Shown in pieces: positions 61,488 to 64,000 of a stretch of 64,000 bases of DNA. Where the stretch lies: positions 1,860,001 to 1,924,000 of the forward strand of contig NC_086108.1 in assembly GCF_963921235.1 (NCBI RefSeq), given 5' to 3'. The stretch is from Mobula hypostoma. Lineage: Eukaryota. The position numbers and the translations under genes are program-made. Within the stretch, counting starts at the first letter, position 1. Every line of letters starts with the position of its first letter. The notes below the pieces were generated by a model. It was given only the letters and a program-made list of their open reading frames with translations. It was not told the origin of the DNA and did not search any database.

Positions 61488-63347
61488 CCATATAGCCATA
61501 TAACAATTACAGCACGGAAACAGGCCATCTCGGCCCTTCTAGTCCGTGCCGAACTCTTACTCTCACTTAGTCCCACCGACCTGCACTCAGCCTATAACCC
61601 TCCATTCCTTTCCTGTCCATATAGCTGTCCAATTTAACTTTAAACGACAACATCGAACCTGCCTCAACCACTTCTGCTGGAAGCTCGTTCCACACAGCTA
61701 CCACTCTCTGAGTAAAGAAGTTCCCCCTCATGTTAGCCCTAGACTTTTGCCCTTTAACTCTCAACTCATGTCCTCTTGTTTGAATCTCAATGGAAAAAGC
61801 CTATCCACGTCAACTCTATCTATCCCCCTCATAATTTTAAATACCTCTATCAAGTCCCCGCTCAACCTTCTATGTTCCAAAGAATAAAGACCCAACTTGT
61901 TCAACCCTTCTCTGTAACTTAGGTGATGAAACCCAGGTAACATTCTAGTAAATCTTTTCTGTACTCTCTCTATTTTGTTTGAAATCTTTCTTTTAATTCG
62001 GTGACCAAAACTGTACACAATACTCCAAATTTGGCCTCACCAATGCCTTATACAATTTCAACATTACATTCCAACTCCTGTTCTCAATGTTCTGATTTAT
62101 AAAGGCCAGCATACCAAAAGCTTTCTTCACCACCCTATCCACATGAGATTCCACCTTCAGGGAACTATGCACCATTATTCCTAGATCCCTCTGTTCTACC
62201 GCACTCTTCAATGCCCTACCATTTACCATGTATGTCTTATTTTGATTAGTCCTACCAAATTGTAGCACCTCACATTTATCAGCATTAAACTCCATCTGCC
62301 ATCTTTCAGCCCACTCTTCTAACTGGCCTAAATCTCTCTGCAAGCTTTGAAAACCTACTTCATTATCCACAGCTCCACCTATCTTAGTATCATCTGCATA
62401 CTTACTCATCCAATTTACCACCCCATCATCCAGATCATTAATGTATATGACAAACAACATTGGACCCAGTACAGATCCCTGAGGCACACCACTAGTCACC
62501 GGCCTCCAATCTGACAAACAGTTATCCACCACTACTCTCTGGCATCTCCCATCCAGCCACTGCTGAATCCATTTTACTACTTCAATATTAATACCTAACA
62601 ATTGAACCTTCCTAACTAACCTTCTGTGTGGAACCTTGTCAAAGGCCTTACTGAAGTCCATATAGTCATAGTCATACTTTATTGATCCCGGGAGAAATTG
62701 GTTTTCGTTACAGTTGCACCATAAATAATTAAATAGTAATAAAACCATAAATAATTAAATAGTAATATGTAAATTATGCCAGGAAATAAGTCCAGGACCA
62801 GCCTATTGGCTCAGGGTGTCTGACCCTCCAAAGGAGGAGTTGTAAAGTTTGATGGCCACAGGCAGGAATGACTTCCTATGACGCTTCGTGTTGCATCCCG
62901 GTGGAATGAGTCTCTGGCTGAATGTACTCCTGTGCCCACCCAGTACATTATGTAGTGGATGGGAGACATTGTCCAAGATGGCATGCAACTTGGACAGCAT
63001 CCTCTTTTCAGACACCACCGTGAGAGAGTCCAGTTCCATCCCCACAACATCACTGGCCTTACGAATGAGTTTGTTGATTCTGTTGGTGTCTGCTACCCTC
63101 AGCCTGCTGCCCCAGCACACAACAGCAAACATGATAGCACTGGCCACCACAGACTCATAGAACATCCTCAGCATCGTCCGACAAATGTTAAAGGACCTCA
63201 GTCTCCTCAGGAAATAGAGACGGCTCTGACCCTTCTTGTAGACAGCCTCAGTGCAGACAGACCAGTCCAGTTGATTGTCAATTTGTATGCGTATATAGAC
63301 AACATCCACTGCTTTACCCTCGTCAACTTTCCTAGTAACCTCTTCAA
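61488..63347 (-). mobile_element. CR1 LINE interrupted by a Rex1/Babar insertion
   Basis: YMDFSKAFDKVPH..GVPQGSVLGP..YADD..RPNLEYCVQFWSP; the upstream VDVVY resumes at 63293. Confidence 0.9.
62666..63292 (-). mobile_element. Rex1/Babar LINE 3' fragment nested in CR1
   Basis: KKGQSRLYFLRRLRSF..SHPLH..RKSFLPVAIKLYN; (ACTATG)n tail; TSD ATATAG at 62660-62665 and 63293-63298. Confidence 0.9.
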
Positions 63348-63413
63348 GTTACTTTCCTAGTAACAACATTTAATAGGCACTTAGATGGGCACGTGGACAG
63401 GAAAGGTTTACAG

Positions 63414-64000
63414 CAGGGGTTCCTAACCTTGGGTCTGTGAACTTAGATGAGAAACTACTTACATCTTTATTTTCACTGAAATTTAGCATTTCCTTCAATT
63501 ACGAATGTAGGCAACAAACCACAGTAGTATTGGCTGTACCTGTAGAAAACACCAATAGAAATCACATCACATTACAGTTGTTAAAAATATCAACGTATCA
63601 CTTATGTCAAGCTCAACACTACTTTGAAATTACAGTAGCTATTATTCTCACAGCTAGATCAAACCTGATCACAGTCCTTTGCTCTGCAGATGCATGTTTG
63701 ACGTAGCTGACCAACTATCGGGCAGCCCTGCAACTGGATGTCCAACATGACATGCGTGTTGGTTTGTCAACGGCCACCCCACAATTTAACGTTCTTACTC
63801 AATATAAGCAACAACTTTCTTCACACATTAAAAATAAAGGCTTAAATTTAACCTGCCTATATTTTAAATGTATAGTCTTGTTATTTAATGTGTTAATAAA
63901 GAAGCATATAAATTATTTTTTATTATTTTGGTAACTGTATTTCAATATAACTGGTGTTGCTTGTAATCCAATGTATTCTATTTGATACATTTAAATACAT
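63414..64000. mobile_element. Possible hAT-like DNA transposon, left end only
   Basis: Begins CAGGGGTTCCTAACCT, like the MITE TIRs; no partner TIR inside the window. Confidence 0.4.

Overview
Repeat-rich vertebrate genomic DNA, very probably a cartilaginous fish (inferred from the CR1/HER1-like LINEs, HE1-like V-SINEs, Rex1/Babar and Penelope-like elements). Two host genes lie on the minus strand. (1) CCDC61, 5' part: a probable non-coding exon near 22.9 kb and three coding exons at 19314-19470, 12168-12250 and 5323-5483; the gene continues beyond the left edge. (2) A complete two-exon delta-family neuronal connexin, join(59908-59978, 36113-36965), 307 aa, GJD2/Cx35-36-like but with Cx34.7/gjd1-type residues and a 22.9-kb intron. 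Most of the rest is transposon-derived. Notable structures: many Penelope-type minimal hammerhead-ribozyme motifs, several within short fold-back insertions with 8-16 bp TSDs; a young CR1 whose ORF2 halves are both open but whose RT half is flipped between inverted copies; a 3.4-kb CpG-rich minisatellite that grew inside one V-SINE; a degenerate 21-bp array split by a Rex1 LINE; a solo LTR; and a possible second, divergent RFX-type promoter behind CCDC61. TE boundaries are by eye and approximate unless a TSD is given. Gene and family assignments rest on remembered sequences, not on searches.
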